Positions 10,946 through 19,927 of a stretch of 64,000 nucleotides of DNA are shown in pieces. A program made the position numbers and the translations under genes. This DNA comes from an uncultured Acidimicrobiia bacterium (GTDB taxonomy: Bacteria > Actinomycetota > Acidimicrobiia > Spongiisociales > UBA11373), in the NCBI GenBank assembly GCA_964633975.1, contig CAZWKX010000005.1, positions 2,815 through 66,814 on the forward strand, in the 5' to 3' direction. The notes below the pieces were generated by a model, which saw only the letters and a program-made list of their open reading frames with translations, was not told where the DNA came from and ran no database searches. Numbering within the stretch: the first letter of the stretch is position 1; each line of letters opens with the position of its first letter.

Positions 10946-10955
10946 TCGTCTTCTC

Positions 10956-11675
10956 CTATTCGTTGTCTGATTCGCTGCCTCCGGGCAGCGCGTCGAGTGC
11001 CGCCGGCTCGGCGAGCGACTCGAGAACCTTTAGTGCGCGGCTCATCCCGCGTCGTACCTGCGGGCTGCGCATGCGCCAAAGGAGCCGCAGCAGCCCGATC
11101 TCCTCCCCCTGCGTCTGCCGCATCCCCTGAGCCGCCCGCTGCACGAGCCGCATCATCTCAGGCTGCGTCAGCTCCTTCACCGTGTTGAGGATCAGAACGA
11201 CGTTGTCCCCCAGCCGGACCAGGTCATGCTCGGTGAACGAAGTGACGACACGACCGAGCACGTTCCACAAGCCTCTGGCGAAGGCGAAGTAGCCCCTGCG
11301 CTCCATCTCGTCGAGGCGCGCCATGAGAGCGACGGCCACCTCTCCCGTGAGTGGGGCCAGGTCGGCGCCGAGCTGCTGGAGGCTCTCCACCTGGTTGAGG
11401 AGCGCCTCCAGATAGGGAAGGTCCCGCAGCAGCCGTTTGGCCAGCCGGAGCAAATCGGCCGGCTCGACGAAGTCGCGGACCTCGTCGAGCTCGCGGCTCG
11501 CGTACTCCAGTGCCTCACCGGCGATCGGGGCCAGGTCGGAGCGCAGCTCGTCCCAGCGCCGGCGGCGCTGCGCATGATCCCGGAGGAACTCGCCCAGCGA
11601 CCCGACCTCGGCGGCCAGAGCATCGATTCTGGATTCGACGGCGTCGAGCCGGTTGGTGGCGGCGGTGGCGGCCAT
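10956..11675 (-). CDS. DUF1641 domain protein
   Basis: ~240 aa helical protein of the family usually encoded next to SQR-like flavoproteins; start at ATG 11673-11675, 5 nt after the SQR stop, with AGGTGA RBS. Confidence 0.7.
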   Translation of the reverse strand: MAATAATNRLDAVESRIDALAAEVGSLGEFLRDHAQRRRRWDELRSDLAPIAGEALEYASRELDEVRDFVEPADLLRLAKRLLRDLPYLEALLNQVESLQQLGADLAPLTGEVAVALMARLDEMERRGYFAFARGLWNVLGRVVTSFTEHDLVRLGDNVVLILNTVKELTQPEMMRLVQRAAQGMRQTQGEEIGLLRLLWRMRSPQVRRGMSRALKVLESLAEPAALDALPGGSESDNE

Positions 11676-11680
11676 CGAGC

Positions 11681-12907
11681 TCACCTCACCTTCCCGTACA
11701 TCAGCATCTCCGCCGGGAGAGGTATCTGGCGGCCTCGCAGCAGGAGGTTCCAGTACACCCAACGGAACATCATCTTTCCCCAATGATTCGTCACCGTCTC
11801 TTGGAGCAGCGAGAAGGGGCCGACACCGGGAAGGGGGAACTTGCCGGGCAGCGGCTCGGTGTCGTAGTTGAAGTCGATGAGCAGGCCCTTGCCGTGCCCC
11901 GACTCTATGAAACAATTGGAGTGCCCATCGAAGCGTTCCAGCATCTCGAGGCCTTCCACGTGCCTGGGGAAGTTCTCGGCGAAGATCTCCACCGAGAAGT
12001 GCGCCACCGAGCCGGCCTTTGAGGTGGGGAGATCGGCAGCGTCACCCATGGCGAAGATGTTGGAGTAGCTCTTGGAGAGGAAGGTGTGCTTGTCGACCGG
12101 AACGTGGTTCAGCTCGTCGCCGAGTCCGGAACGGCCGACGACGTCGGCGCCCATATTGACTGGGACGGTGACGAGGAGGTCGTAGGGAACTTCGCGCTCG
12201 TCATACGAAACCAGCTTGCGGCTCCCGGTGTCGACCCGCTCGACGTAGAAATCCGTTTCCACCGCCACCCTCTTCTCCTCGAGGATGTGCGACAGGTGGC
12301 TGGAGGCGATCGGCTTGGTGAAAACTCCGCCGAGAGGGGTGGCGAAAACCAGCTCCACCTGATCCCGGAGGCCCTTCTCGGCGAACCACCAATCGGCGAG
12401 GAAAGTGAACTCGAGTGGTGCCACCGGGCATTTGAAGGGGGTCTCCATGATGTTCACCACCAGGCGCCCCCCTTGCCAGGTCTTGAGCCGTTCGGCCAGC
12501 GCCACTGCGCCCTCACGGCTGTAGAACTCGTGCACGGTATCGCGCCAGGCAGGGCCGTCGAGTCCCGGCGTCTCATCGGGCCGCGGGTGGGTTCCGGTGG
12601 CAACGACCAGGTAGTCGTATTCCAGCTTGGTCCCGTTGGCCAGATCCACCCGCTGCTTGTCGGGGTCGATGAGCTCGATGCCGGAGCAGACCGGTACGAC
12701 TCCCTGAGGTATGAAGTCTTTGCGAGGGCGAACGACGTCGCTCTCCCTGTAGATGCCGAAGGGAATGAACAGGAACCCGGGCTGGTAGTTGTGGATCTCG
12801 TCCTGGTCGACGATCGTGATCTGCCATTCCTCGTCGAGCCGGGGCCGCAGCTTATTGACCACCATGGTCCCGGCCGTTCCGGCCCCCAGGACCAGAAGCT
12901 TCTTCAT
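11681..12907 (-). CDS. sqr: sulfide:quinone oxidoreductase-like FAD-dependent pyridine nucleotide-disulfide oxidoreductase
   Basis: N-terminal GxGxxG (LVLGAGTAGT); conserved Cys in FKCPVAPLE and NCFIESGHG; GD motif FAMGDAAD; start ATG 12905-12907 overlaps the regulator stop (ATGA). Confidence 0.7.
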   Translation of the reverse strand: MKKLLVLGAGTAGTMVVNKLRPRLDEEWQITIVDQDEIHNYQPGFLFIPFGIYRESDVVRPRKDFIPQGVVPVCSGIELIDPDKQRVDLANGTKLEYDYLVVATGTHPRPDETPGLDGPAWRDTVHEFYSREGAVALAERLKTWQGGRLVVNIMETPFKCPVAPLEFTFLADWWFAEKGLRDQVELVFATPLGGVFTKPIASSHLSHILEEKRVAVETDFYVERVDTGSRKLVSYDEREVPYDLLVTVPVNMGADVVGRSGLGDELNHVPVDKHTFLSKSYSNIFAMGDAADLPTSKAGSVAHFSVEIFAENFPRHVEGLEMLERFDGHSNCFIESGHGKGLLIDFNYDTEPLPGKFPLPGVGPFSLLQETVTNHWGKMMFRWVYWNLLLRGRQIPLPAEMLMYGKVR

Positions 12908-13668
12908 GTCGGGCTTCCCTTCTCGCCGGCGAGCACGGCGATGGCCTCCAGCCGGCTCATCAAGATGCCTCGCTCGCTCGCCATGTGTGAGATGACGATT
13001 CCGACACGTGGGAGGAGTTGCAGCGCGCGGTTGCGCTCCTGGGGGGTGAGGTGGTGCACCTCCTCTATGTGCGCAGCGATGGTCTCGACGGGGGCTCCGG
13101 TCTCCGCGGCTATGGCGGCGACACCTGCCGCATCGGGCGGCCATTGGTCGGGGGCGACACCGGCGGCGATGACGACGCCCTTGAGCTCGTCCCCGACACG
13201 TATGAGGCTCCTGGCACAGAGGAACCCGAGGTGCGTCGGCTGCCAACGCGGCTCCAGATCCAGCTGCGAGGCAAGTGTCCTCCACCCGCCGGTGCACCGC
13301 TCCATCACACCGGGAAGGTGGTGCACCGCGCCGAAGAGGCCACATAGGTTGGTGACCTCGGTGACGACCTGGCCCTCCATGTCGGCCAGGATCACCATGG
13401 TTCCCAAGCTCTCGGCGATCAGGTCGGCCAGCGCCTGGGCAGATGCCGGCGGAAGCATGGTGAGAAGATCACCTGCCGGCCGCGGCCCGGAAACTGCGCT
13501 TGAGCCTCGCGAGTTGAGCCACTCCAGCACGAGATCTTCCCGAAACCGCCACTGCCGACCCACCTTGACGGCAGGGAGCCGGCCGTCCTCGGCCATCCTG
13601 TAGATCGTCGACTTGTCGACGCTCATGAACTCCTGAAGATCACGGGTAGTCAGCAGACGTGCCGCCAT
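12904..13668 (-). CDS. transcriptional regulator: excisionase/MerR-type HTH + C-terminal ligand-sensing domain (PocR-like?)
   Basis: N-term LLTTRDLQEFMSVDKSTIYRMAEDGRLPAVKVGRQWRF = excisionase-family HTH; ~200-aa C-terminal domain with several Cys; AGGAGG RBS 5 nt upstream. Confidence 0.65.
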   Translation of the reverse strand: MAARLLTTRDLQEFMSVDKSTIYRMAEDGRLPAVKVGRQWRFREDLVLEWLNSRGSSAVSGPRPAGDLLTMLPPASAQALADLIAESLGTMVILADMEGQVVTEVTNLCGLFGAVHHLPGVMERCTGGWRTLASQLDLEPRWQPTHLGFLCARSLIRVGDELKGVVIAAGVAPDQWPPDAAGVAAIAAETGAPVETIAAHIEEVHHLTPQERNRALQLLPRVGIVISHMASERGILMSRLEAIAVLAGEKGSPT

Positions 13669-13760
13669 CGGTCCTCCTGCATCCTATGTAGTTTAGTGCA
13701 CTCTATGCAGACTGTAGTAGCCAATACAGGACAACACAAGGCATAGGATGTCGACAGGCT
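13669..13760 (-). promoter_or_regulatory. AT-rich leader/promoter-operator of the regulator-SQR operon with inverted repeats
   Basis: Perfect 9-bp inverted repeat CATCCTATG (13680-88) / CATAGGATG (13742-50); 8-bp palindrome AGTGCACT (13695-13702); candidate -10/-35 hexamers; conspicuously AT-rich for this genome. Confidence 0.4.
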
Positions 13761-13863
13761 GCACCAGCGGTGGGCCAAATGACCGAATGCCGAGCCCGTC
13801 GGGACTCTGCGGTCTCAAGGGGAGGCCGGATCCGGCGAACGCCTCCGCTCGCCGGCCCGTCCG

Positions 13864-14685
13864 TCACTCGCCGGGTGAGGCGTCTCGATTGTCGCCGCCC
13901 GCTCCCCCGCCACGACGGCGCTCGGCGAGCAGGCGCGCCTGCTCGATCCAGCCGTCCCGCCAGATCCGATCGCGGAACGCGTCGAGCTGATTGGCTATCA
14001 ACTCGACTTCGATCTCGTTGAGGTTCGCAAGCTGCTGGAACGAAGCGATGCCCATCTCGTGCAGTAGCTTCTCGATGGCCGGACCAATGCCTTTGATCCT
14101 CTTCAAGTCGTCGGGTCCCTCTTCGACTTCTACCGAAGGCCGGCTTGCCAGATCGGCGATGAGTGCCTCCTTCTCCACCAGGACCTCCTGCTGATGGCGG
14201 GTGGTCGCCTCGAGCCGGGCAAGACGGGCGTCCGTGCGCTCGTCGAGTCTCTCGCGGAACCAACGCTCCCAATCTGCGTATGCGTGAGAGCCTCTCGCAT
14301 CAGACCCGGGAGGGCCACCGGCGGATGCTGTGGGGACGGCGGTGCGCGCTGCCGCCTCCGAGACGGCATCGAGCTGCTCCTGCAGCGAGGCGATACGCTC
14401 GTCGCGTCCGAGCAGCTCCGGATAGAGGCGTTCGAGCTGCTCTATGCGCGTCTGTAGGTGCCGAACCTCCGCCTCACGGGCCCGCTGCAGTGCAGCAAGT
14501 TCGGCCTCCACCGTGGCAAGGCGCGCCTCACGAGCTACGAGGCGGGCGCGCAGGCTCTCCAGCTCGCTGATGCGCCGCGCCCGCTCCTCGAGCAAACGCC
14601 TGGCGGTCTGCAGGTCCAATGTGTCCGCCGGGTCCGACACAGGATCCCCTGCATCGGACGCCGCGCTGTGCCCCTCGTTCTCCAC
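13864..14685 (-). CDS. coiled-coil protein with C-terminal helix-hairpin-helix (DUF4332-like) domain
   Basis: C-terminal DDLKRIKGIGPAIEKLLHEMGIASFQQLANL HhH motif; long Arg/Glu/Leu coiled-coil region; GTG start 14683-85 with GGGAGG RBS. The longer track ORF overlaps the divergent GNAT gene. Confidence 0.55.
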   Translation of the reverse strand: MENEGHSAASDAGDPVSDPADTLDLQTARRLLEERARRISELESLRARLVAREARLATVEAELAALQRAREAEVRHLQTRIEQLERLYPELLGRDERIASLQEQLDAVSEAAARTAVPTASAGGPPGSDARGSHAYADWERWFRERLDERTDARLARLEATTRHQQEVLVEKEALIADLASRPSVEVEEGPDDLKRIKGIGPAIEKLLHEMGIASFQQLANLNEIEVELIANQLDAFRDRIWRDGWIEQARLLAERRRGGGAGGDNRDASPGE

Positions 14686-14761
14686 GATTCCTCCCACAGC
14701 GGCGACCGCTCTCAGTGTAGGGAATGGGCCCTCACCGCGAAGGAGAGGCGGTGTAGGTTGA

Positions 14762-15238
14762 GTGGGGATGCAGGTGCGAAAAGCCATTCGGGACGATCTG
14801 CTCGCCATCGGCCGGGTCGCCGACCTCACCCACTGGCAGGCGTACGACGGGCTGCTGGCACCCGCAACGATCTCGGGGCTCCTCAGGCGTGACTTCTCGC
14901 CTTCGTCGCTGAAGCGACGGCTGCTGAGCGGATGTGTGCTCGTGGCCGAGAATGAAGGAGGCGTCGCCGGCTTCGCCGATGCCGAGGTGGCAGATGGGCA
15001 CATCCTGCTCAGGAGTATCGCCGTCGACCCGGAGCGAGATGCCGCCACCGCAGCACTGTGCCTTCTTGCTACGGTCCAGGCGCTCGCGCCCGGTTTGCCG
15101 GTATGCGCCGACGTGATCTTGGGCAACGTGGAAGGAGAGCGCTTCTACGAGGACCAGGGCTTCGTTCCCGGAGAGACCTTGCACGAGACAGTTCTGGACG
15201 AGCCGCTCATAGAACGGCGCTGGTGGCTGTCCGCCTGA
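14762..15238 (+). CDS. GNAT-family N-acetyltransferase
   Basis: Acetyl-CoA-binding region …LLRSIAVDPERD… and GNAT fold length (~158 aa). Confidence 0.65.
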   Translation: MGMQVRKAIRDDLLAIGRVADLTHWQAYDGLLAPATISGLLRRDFSPSSLKRRLLSGCVLVAENEGGVAGFADAEVADGHILLRSIAVDPERDAATAALCLLATVQALAPGLPVCADVILGNVEGERFYEDQGFVPGETLHETVLDEPLIERRWWLSA

Positions 15239-15257
15239 GCAGCGCTAGCCTCGGCAC

Positions 15258-16304
15258 ATGAGAGACCTCGACCTCGAAGCCCTTCCAAAGGTCGTGCTGC
15301 ACGATCACCTCGACGGTGGGCTGCGTCCGGAGACGGTGTTGGAGCTTGCCGAGGAGGTGGGGTACACCGGGCTTCCCACCTCGAACCCGGACTCCCTGCG
15401 CCGCTGGTTTCATCAGGGGAACGGGGCGAGCCTGCAGGCTTACTTGGAGGCGTTCAGGCAGACGCTCGCCGTCATGCAGACCTCCACCGCTCTGGACCGC
15501 GTCGCTCACGAGGCCGTCGTCGACCTGGCCGCCGACGGCGGCGTCTACGCCGAAATCCGCTTCGCCCCCATGCTGCACTGCGAAAAAGGCCTGACACCGG
15601 ATGCGGTCTTGGACGCCGTGCTGTGCGGGTTGGCCTCGGGCACCGACGCCACCGGAATGCCCGCCTTCGTGATCGTGGTTGCCATGCGCCAGCACACCGA
15701 CTCACTCGATGTGGCTCGGCTGGCAGCGTCTTTTCGGCACAACGGTGTCGTGGGTTTTGATCTCGCCGGCCCCGAGGCCGGCTACCCAGCCTCGATGCAC
15801 GCTGCGGCGTGTCGCGCCGCCATCGACGCCGGGTTGCACCTCACCCTCCACGCCGGAGAGGGTGCAGGTGTCGACAGCCTGGCCGACGCCCTGGGCTGTG
15901 GCCCCGAACGGCTCGGCCACGGCGTTCGCGTCATCGAGGATGCCCTCGTTGCCGGCGGCGAGCTGACCCAGCTCGGTCCGGTCGCTGCTGCGCTGAAGGC
16001 CCAAGGGATCGTCCTCGAGATCTGCCCCTCCTCGAACGTGCAGACCGGCGCCGTCGCTTCCCTGGAGGATCATCCCGTCGGCCTGCTGTACCGAGCCGGC
16101 TTCGCCGTCACCCTGAATACCGACAACCGCCTCATGAGCGGGACATCGATGAGCAGGGAGTTCGATCTAGTGATGCGGCACCATGGGTTCACCGTCGACG
16201 ACCTGCATGCAGTCACGCGCACCGCCGCGGCATCCGCCTTCTGCGAGGAGCACACGCGCCGAGAAGTGCTGGAGCGGGTCGAGGCCGGCTACGGCCGACA
16301 CTGA
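15258..16304 (+). CDS. add: adenosine deaminase
   Basis: N-term LPKVVLHDHLDGGLRPETVLELA; HAGE motif; SSNV…LNTDNRLMSGTS. Confidence 0.9.
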   Translation: MRDLDLEALPKVVLHDHLDGGLRPETVLELAEEVGYTGLPTSNPDSLRRWFHQGNGASLQAYLEAFRQTLAVMQTSTALDRVAHEAVVDLAADGGVYAEIRFAPMLHCEKGLTPDAVLDAVLCGLASGTDATGMPAFVIVVAMRQHTDSLDVARLAASFRHNGVVGFDLAGPEAGYPASMHAAACRAAIDAGLHLTLHAGEGAGVDSLADALGCGPERLGHGVRVIEDALVAGGELTQLGPVAAALKAQGIVLEICPSSNVQTGAVASLEDHPVGLLYRAGFAVTLNTDNRLMSGTSMSREFDLVMRHHGFTVDDLHAVTRTAAASAFCEEHTRREVLERVEAGYGRH

Positions 16305-16366
16305 CCCGCTGCTGAAGCCGGCCGAGCGTACATCCGAGTCTCCCCCGGATGCCGGCGGCGGATCGC

Positions 16367-17110
16367 CTAGAGCGCGTCCGGCACCGTAACCAGAGCGGCA
16401 CCGATGAGGCCGGCATTGTTGCAGAGCCGGGCCGGGACGACCTCTGTGCGGGTGCGCACCAAGGGAAGGAACTTCTGGTGGCTGCGGCTCACACCCCCGC
16501 CGACGATGATGAGATCGGGTGCGAGGAGATTATCGAGCGCGTTGAAGTACTCGGTGAGAAGCGCAGCCCACTCGCCCCAGGACAGCCCGGCCGTCTTGCG
16601 AGCCGTAGCCGATGCTCTCTCTTCGGCCCTTCCTCCCCACATCTCCACGTGGCCGAGCTCGGTGTTGGGTATGAGCGTGCCGTCGACAAAGAGAGCACTG
16701 CCGATGCCGGTCCCAAGGGTGAGCAGCAGCACGGTTCCCATCCGGCCCTTGCCGGCCCCGAAGCGCATCTCGGCAATTCCTGCGGCGGCCGCGTCGTTGA
16801 GCGTGACCACCGGCATGCCCAGTGCCGCCGCGAGCAGATCCACCGCGTTGACGCCGAGCCACGACTGGTCCAGGTGAGGAGCGGAGTCCACGAGGCCGGA
16901 ACGGATGACCCCCGGAAGCCCACAGCCGACCGGCCCTTGCCACTCGCAGCTTCGCACGATGTCGGCGACACGATCGATGACCGCGTCGGGCGTCGCCGGC
17001 TGGGGAGTGCTGTGCTTGAACCGTTTGGTGACAAGGGCTCCGGTCTCCAGGTCGATGACGGCACCCTTGATCGCGCTCCCCCCGACGTCGACGCCCATTC
17101 CCTTGCTCAT
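16367..17110 (-). CDS. ppgK: polyphosphate glucokinase (ROK family)
   Basis: GVDVGGSAIKG…QPATP…TLNDADAAG… near-colinear with Mtb PpgK; start ATG 17108-10 overlaps gcvPB stop (ATGA). Confidence 0.85.
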   Translation of the reverse strand: MSKGMGVDVGGSAIKGAVIDLETGALVTKRFKHSTPQPATPDAVIDRVADIVRSCEWQGPVGCGLPGVIRSGLVDSAPHLDQSWLGVNAVDLLAAALGMPVVTLNDAAAAGIAEMRFGAGKGRMGTVLLLTLGTGIGSALFVDGTLIPNTELGHVEMWGGRAEERASATARKTAGLSWGEWAALLTEYFNALDNLLAPDLIIVGGGVSRSHQKFLPLVRTRTEVVPARLCNNAGLIGAALVTVPDAL

Positions 17111-18561
17111 TCGACCTCCATGAACCACGTGAGTACGGGCCGACGCGCCGCGGCCGCATCATCGGTCCTTCGCACCGGAGTGTGTGCGGGATGATCATCG
17201 ATCTCCTCGGGCCGGGCACGAGCGTTATCGGCCACGGCGCGGAAAGCTGCAGCGAGACTCTCCATAGTCTCTCGGCTCTCCGTCTCGGTCGGTTCCACCA
17301 TTAAGGCTTCGTCCACGATTAGAGGGAAGTACATCGTGGGGGCGTGAAAACCGAAATCGAGGACCGCCTTGGCCACGTCCACGGCTCGCAGTCCCGTTTC
17401 CCGCTTGAGCGTTGCTGTAGAAACGACAAACTCGTGCATGCAGGGCCCTGGGAAGGGAACGTCGTAGTCGGACCCCATTAGTAGGGCCAAATAGCGGGCA
17501 TTGAGAACCGAACGCTCGGCGACCCGGCGCAGGCCCTCTCCCCCAAGCGCCCTCATGTAGGCGAGAGCCCGCACCACCACTCCGAAGTTGCCATGCTGGC
17601 CGTGCACCCGTCCGATGGAGGCTTCGGGCCGGGTCCAACCCAGGGACCCGTCGCTGCGCTGCTCGGGAAGCGGGCCCGGCAGGTAGCGCACGAGGCGATC
17701 CGCCACCGCAACCGGGCCTGCTCCGGGGCCGCCGCCGCCATGAGGCGTTGCGAACGTCTTGTGCAGGTTCGAGTGCACGATGTCGAACCCCATGTCGCCC
17801 GGGCGGGCAACCCCGAGAATTGCGTTCAGGTTGGCGCCGTCGTAGTAGAGCAGACCGTCTACGGCATGCACAGCGTCGGCGATGGCGAGGATGTCCTCCT
17901 CGAAGAGACCCAGGGTGTTGGGGTTGGTCAGCATTAGCCCGGCGACGTCCTGGTCGAGAAGAGCGCGCAGGGCCTCGAGATCAACCATGCCCCGCTCGTT
18001 GGAGGGCACGTGCACGACTTCGTACCCGGCTAGCGCAACCGACGCCGGGTTGGTGCCGTGCGCCGAGTCCGGTATCACCACTCGAGCACGAGGTCCGTTG
18101 TGCTCCTTGTGGTAGGCGCGCATGATGAGAAGGCCGGTGAGCTCGCCGGCGGCGCCCGCCGGAGACTGGAAGGTTGCCCGTTTCATGCCGGTCAGCTCGC
18201 AGAGGATGCGCTCGGCTTCGAGGAGAAGGGCCAGCGCTCCGGGAACGAGCGAGGCTGGAGCGGCCGGATGAAGGTCGCGGAACCCGGGATGCTCCGCGGC
18301 CCAGTCGCAGACCTTGGGGTTGTACTTCATCGTGCACGACCCGAGCGGGTAGGCGCCAATGTCGACGCCGAAGCTGCGATGGGCGAGACGATTGAAGTGA
18401 GCGACCAGGTCACGCTCGCTCAGCTCTGGCAACGGCGGCGGCCGGTCCGCCGCCTCGGGTAGGGCGATGTCGCCGACGGGAAGATCTGGGGTGGGCAAGG
18501 ACCATGCTTTTCGGCCCGGGGACGACAGCTCCACCAGAGTCGGCTCGGCGGCGCCACCCAT
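17107..18561 (-). CDS. gcvPB: glycine dehydrogenase (decarboxylating) subunit 2
   Basis: PLP-dependent P-protein C-terminal half (…GSCTMKYNPK…); start placed at M38 (TLVELSSPGRK). Confidence 0.95.
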   Translation of the reverse strand: MGGAAEPTLVELSSPGRKAWSLPTPDLPVGDIALPEAADRPPPLPELSERDLVAHFNRLAHRSFGVDIGAYPLGSCTMKYNPKVCDWAAEHPGFRDLHPAAPASLVPGALALLLEAERILCELTGMKRATFQSPAGAAGELTGLLIMRAYHKEHNGPRARVVIPDSAHGTNPASVALAGYEVVHVPSNERGMVDLEALRALLDQDVAGLMLTNPNTLGLFEEDILAIADAVHAVDGLLYYDGANLNAILGVARPGDMGFDIVHSNLHKTFATPHGGGGPGAGPVAVADRLVRYLPGPLPEQRSDGSLGWTRPEASIGRVHGQHGNFGVVVRALAYMRALGGEGLRRVAERSVLNARYLALLMGSDYDVPFPGPCMHEFVVSTATLKRETGLRAVDVAKAVLDFGFHAPTMYFPLIVDEALMVEPTETESRETMESLAAAFRAVADNARARPEEIDDHPAHTPVRRTDDAAAARRPVLTWFMEVE

Positions 18562-18592
18562 GAGGGGGCTGCTGCGGGCGTTGCCTCCCGGT

Positions 18593-19927
18593 TCAGCCAC
18601 CGGCGATCGCCTCCTCGAGCGCAGCCGTGTAGCCGTCCAGCTCCTGCCGTGTGCGCCGCTCCGTGACGGCAACGAGCAGACCGTTGGCTATGTCCGGGAA
18701 TTCGTCTTCGAGGGGAACGCCGGCCAGATACCCACGCTCGGCCATGGCCTCGACGGCTTGGCGGGGGTCCATGGGGAGCGACAAGGGGAACTCTCGAGCA
18801 AACTCGTGCTCCACGGCCAGCGAGACGCCGGGAAGGCGAGCGAGCCGCTCGGCCAGGTAGTGGGCTCCACGTATCGACCGGCGGCCCAGCTCGGCGAGGC
18901 CCTCAGGGCCCAGCCAGGCCAGATGGACGGCGGCAGCGATGGCGTTCAGACTCTGATTGGTGCAGATGTTGGAGGTCGCCTTCTCGCGCCTGATGTCCTG
19001 TTCCCTCGTGCGCAGGGTCAGGGTGTAGGCAACGGCGCCGCGCTCGTCCACGGTGCGCCCGACAAGGCGACCCGGAACACGGCGAAGCAGCTTCGAAGCA
19101 GCGGCAAAGATGCCGAGCCCGGGCCCTCCGAAGGACAGCGGACTGCCCAGAGGCTGCCCTTCGCCGAAAGCGACATCGCAGCCGGCATGTCCCGGCGGGC
19201 GGAGCACGCCCAGAAGCATGGGGTCGACCTGAGCCAGGGCGAGGGCTCCGCGATCGTGGGCCAGGCGAACGGCGGCCTCGTAGTCCTCGATGACGCCTAG
19301 GTAGTTGGGCTGAGCGAAGAGCACGGCCGCCGGCGCGCCGTCGGCGTCTTCCTCCCACACGGTACGTCCGGCCTCCACCCGATGCTCCACGATGTCGATG
19401 TCCCGAGCGTCGGCGAAGGTGCCGATCACCTGACGAGTCGCCGGGGGCAAGCCCGCCGACACCCAGACGTCACTGCGGCCCGTGGCACCGACGGCGAGGT
19501 TCACCGCCTCCAGGGCTGCGCTCGCACCGTCGTACAGGGAGGCGTTGGCCACCGGAAGCCCCGTGATCGCCGCCACCATCGACTGGTACTCGAACAGGGC
19601 CTGCAGTACGCCCTGGGAAACCTCGCTCTGATACGGCGTGTACGACGTCACGAACTCGGGTCTCATGGTGAGCGAGCGCACAACGGGCGACAGGTAGTGG
19701 TCGTAGATGCCCCCGCCGGCGAAACAGACGAGATCCCGGCGATTCCGGCACGCCAGATCGTCGATGTGCGCCATCACCTCGGCCTCAGCGAGAGGCGCAG
19801 GCAGGTCGAGCGAGCCTTGGACCACGACGGCGGCGGGCAGGTGCTGAAAGAGATCCGAGACATCCGACATGCCGAGTCGTCCGAGCATGACGCTGACGTC
19901 GGAAGCGGTATGGGGAGTGAAGTCCAT
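18593..19927 (-). CDS. gcvPA: glycine dehydrogenase (decarboxylating) subunit 1
   Basis: P-protein N-terminal half, 444 aa. Confidence 0.95.
   Translation of the reverse strand: MDFTPHTASDVSVMLGRLGMSDVSDLFQHLPAAVVVQGSLDLPAPLAEAEVMAHIDDLACRNRRDLVCFAGGGIYDHYLSPVVRSLTMRPEFVTSYTPYQSEVSQGVLQALFEYQSMVAAITGLPVANASLYDGASAALEAVNLAVGATGRSDVWVSAGLPPATRQVIGTFADARDIDIVEHRVEAGRTVWEEDADGAPAAVLFAQPNYLGVIEDYEAAVRLAHDRGALALAQVDPMLLGVLRPPGHAGCDVAFGEGQPLGSPLSFGGPGLGIFAAASKLLRRVPGRLVGRTVDERGAVAYTLTLRTREQDIRREKATSNICTNQSLNAIAAAVHLAWLGPEGLAELGRRSIRGAHYLAERLARLPGVSLAVEHEFAREFPLSLPMDPRQAVEAMAERGYLAGVPLEDEFPDIANGLLVAVTERRTRQELDGYTAALEEAIAGG

Noticed and set aside
13703-14272. Overlapping Arg-rich ORFs in the regulator/HhH intergenic and coding region
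   Set aside because: They are antisense or alternative-frame artefacts. The region is better explained by the HhH gene (GTG 14685) plus an AT-rich regulatory leader.
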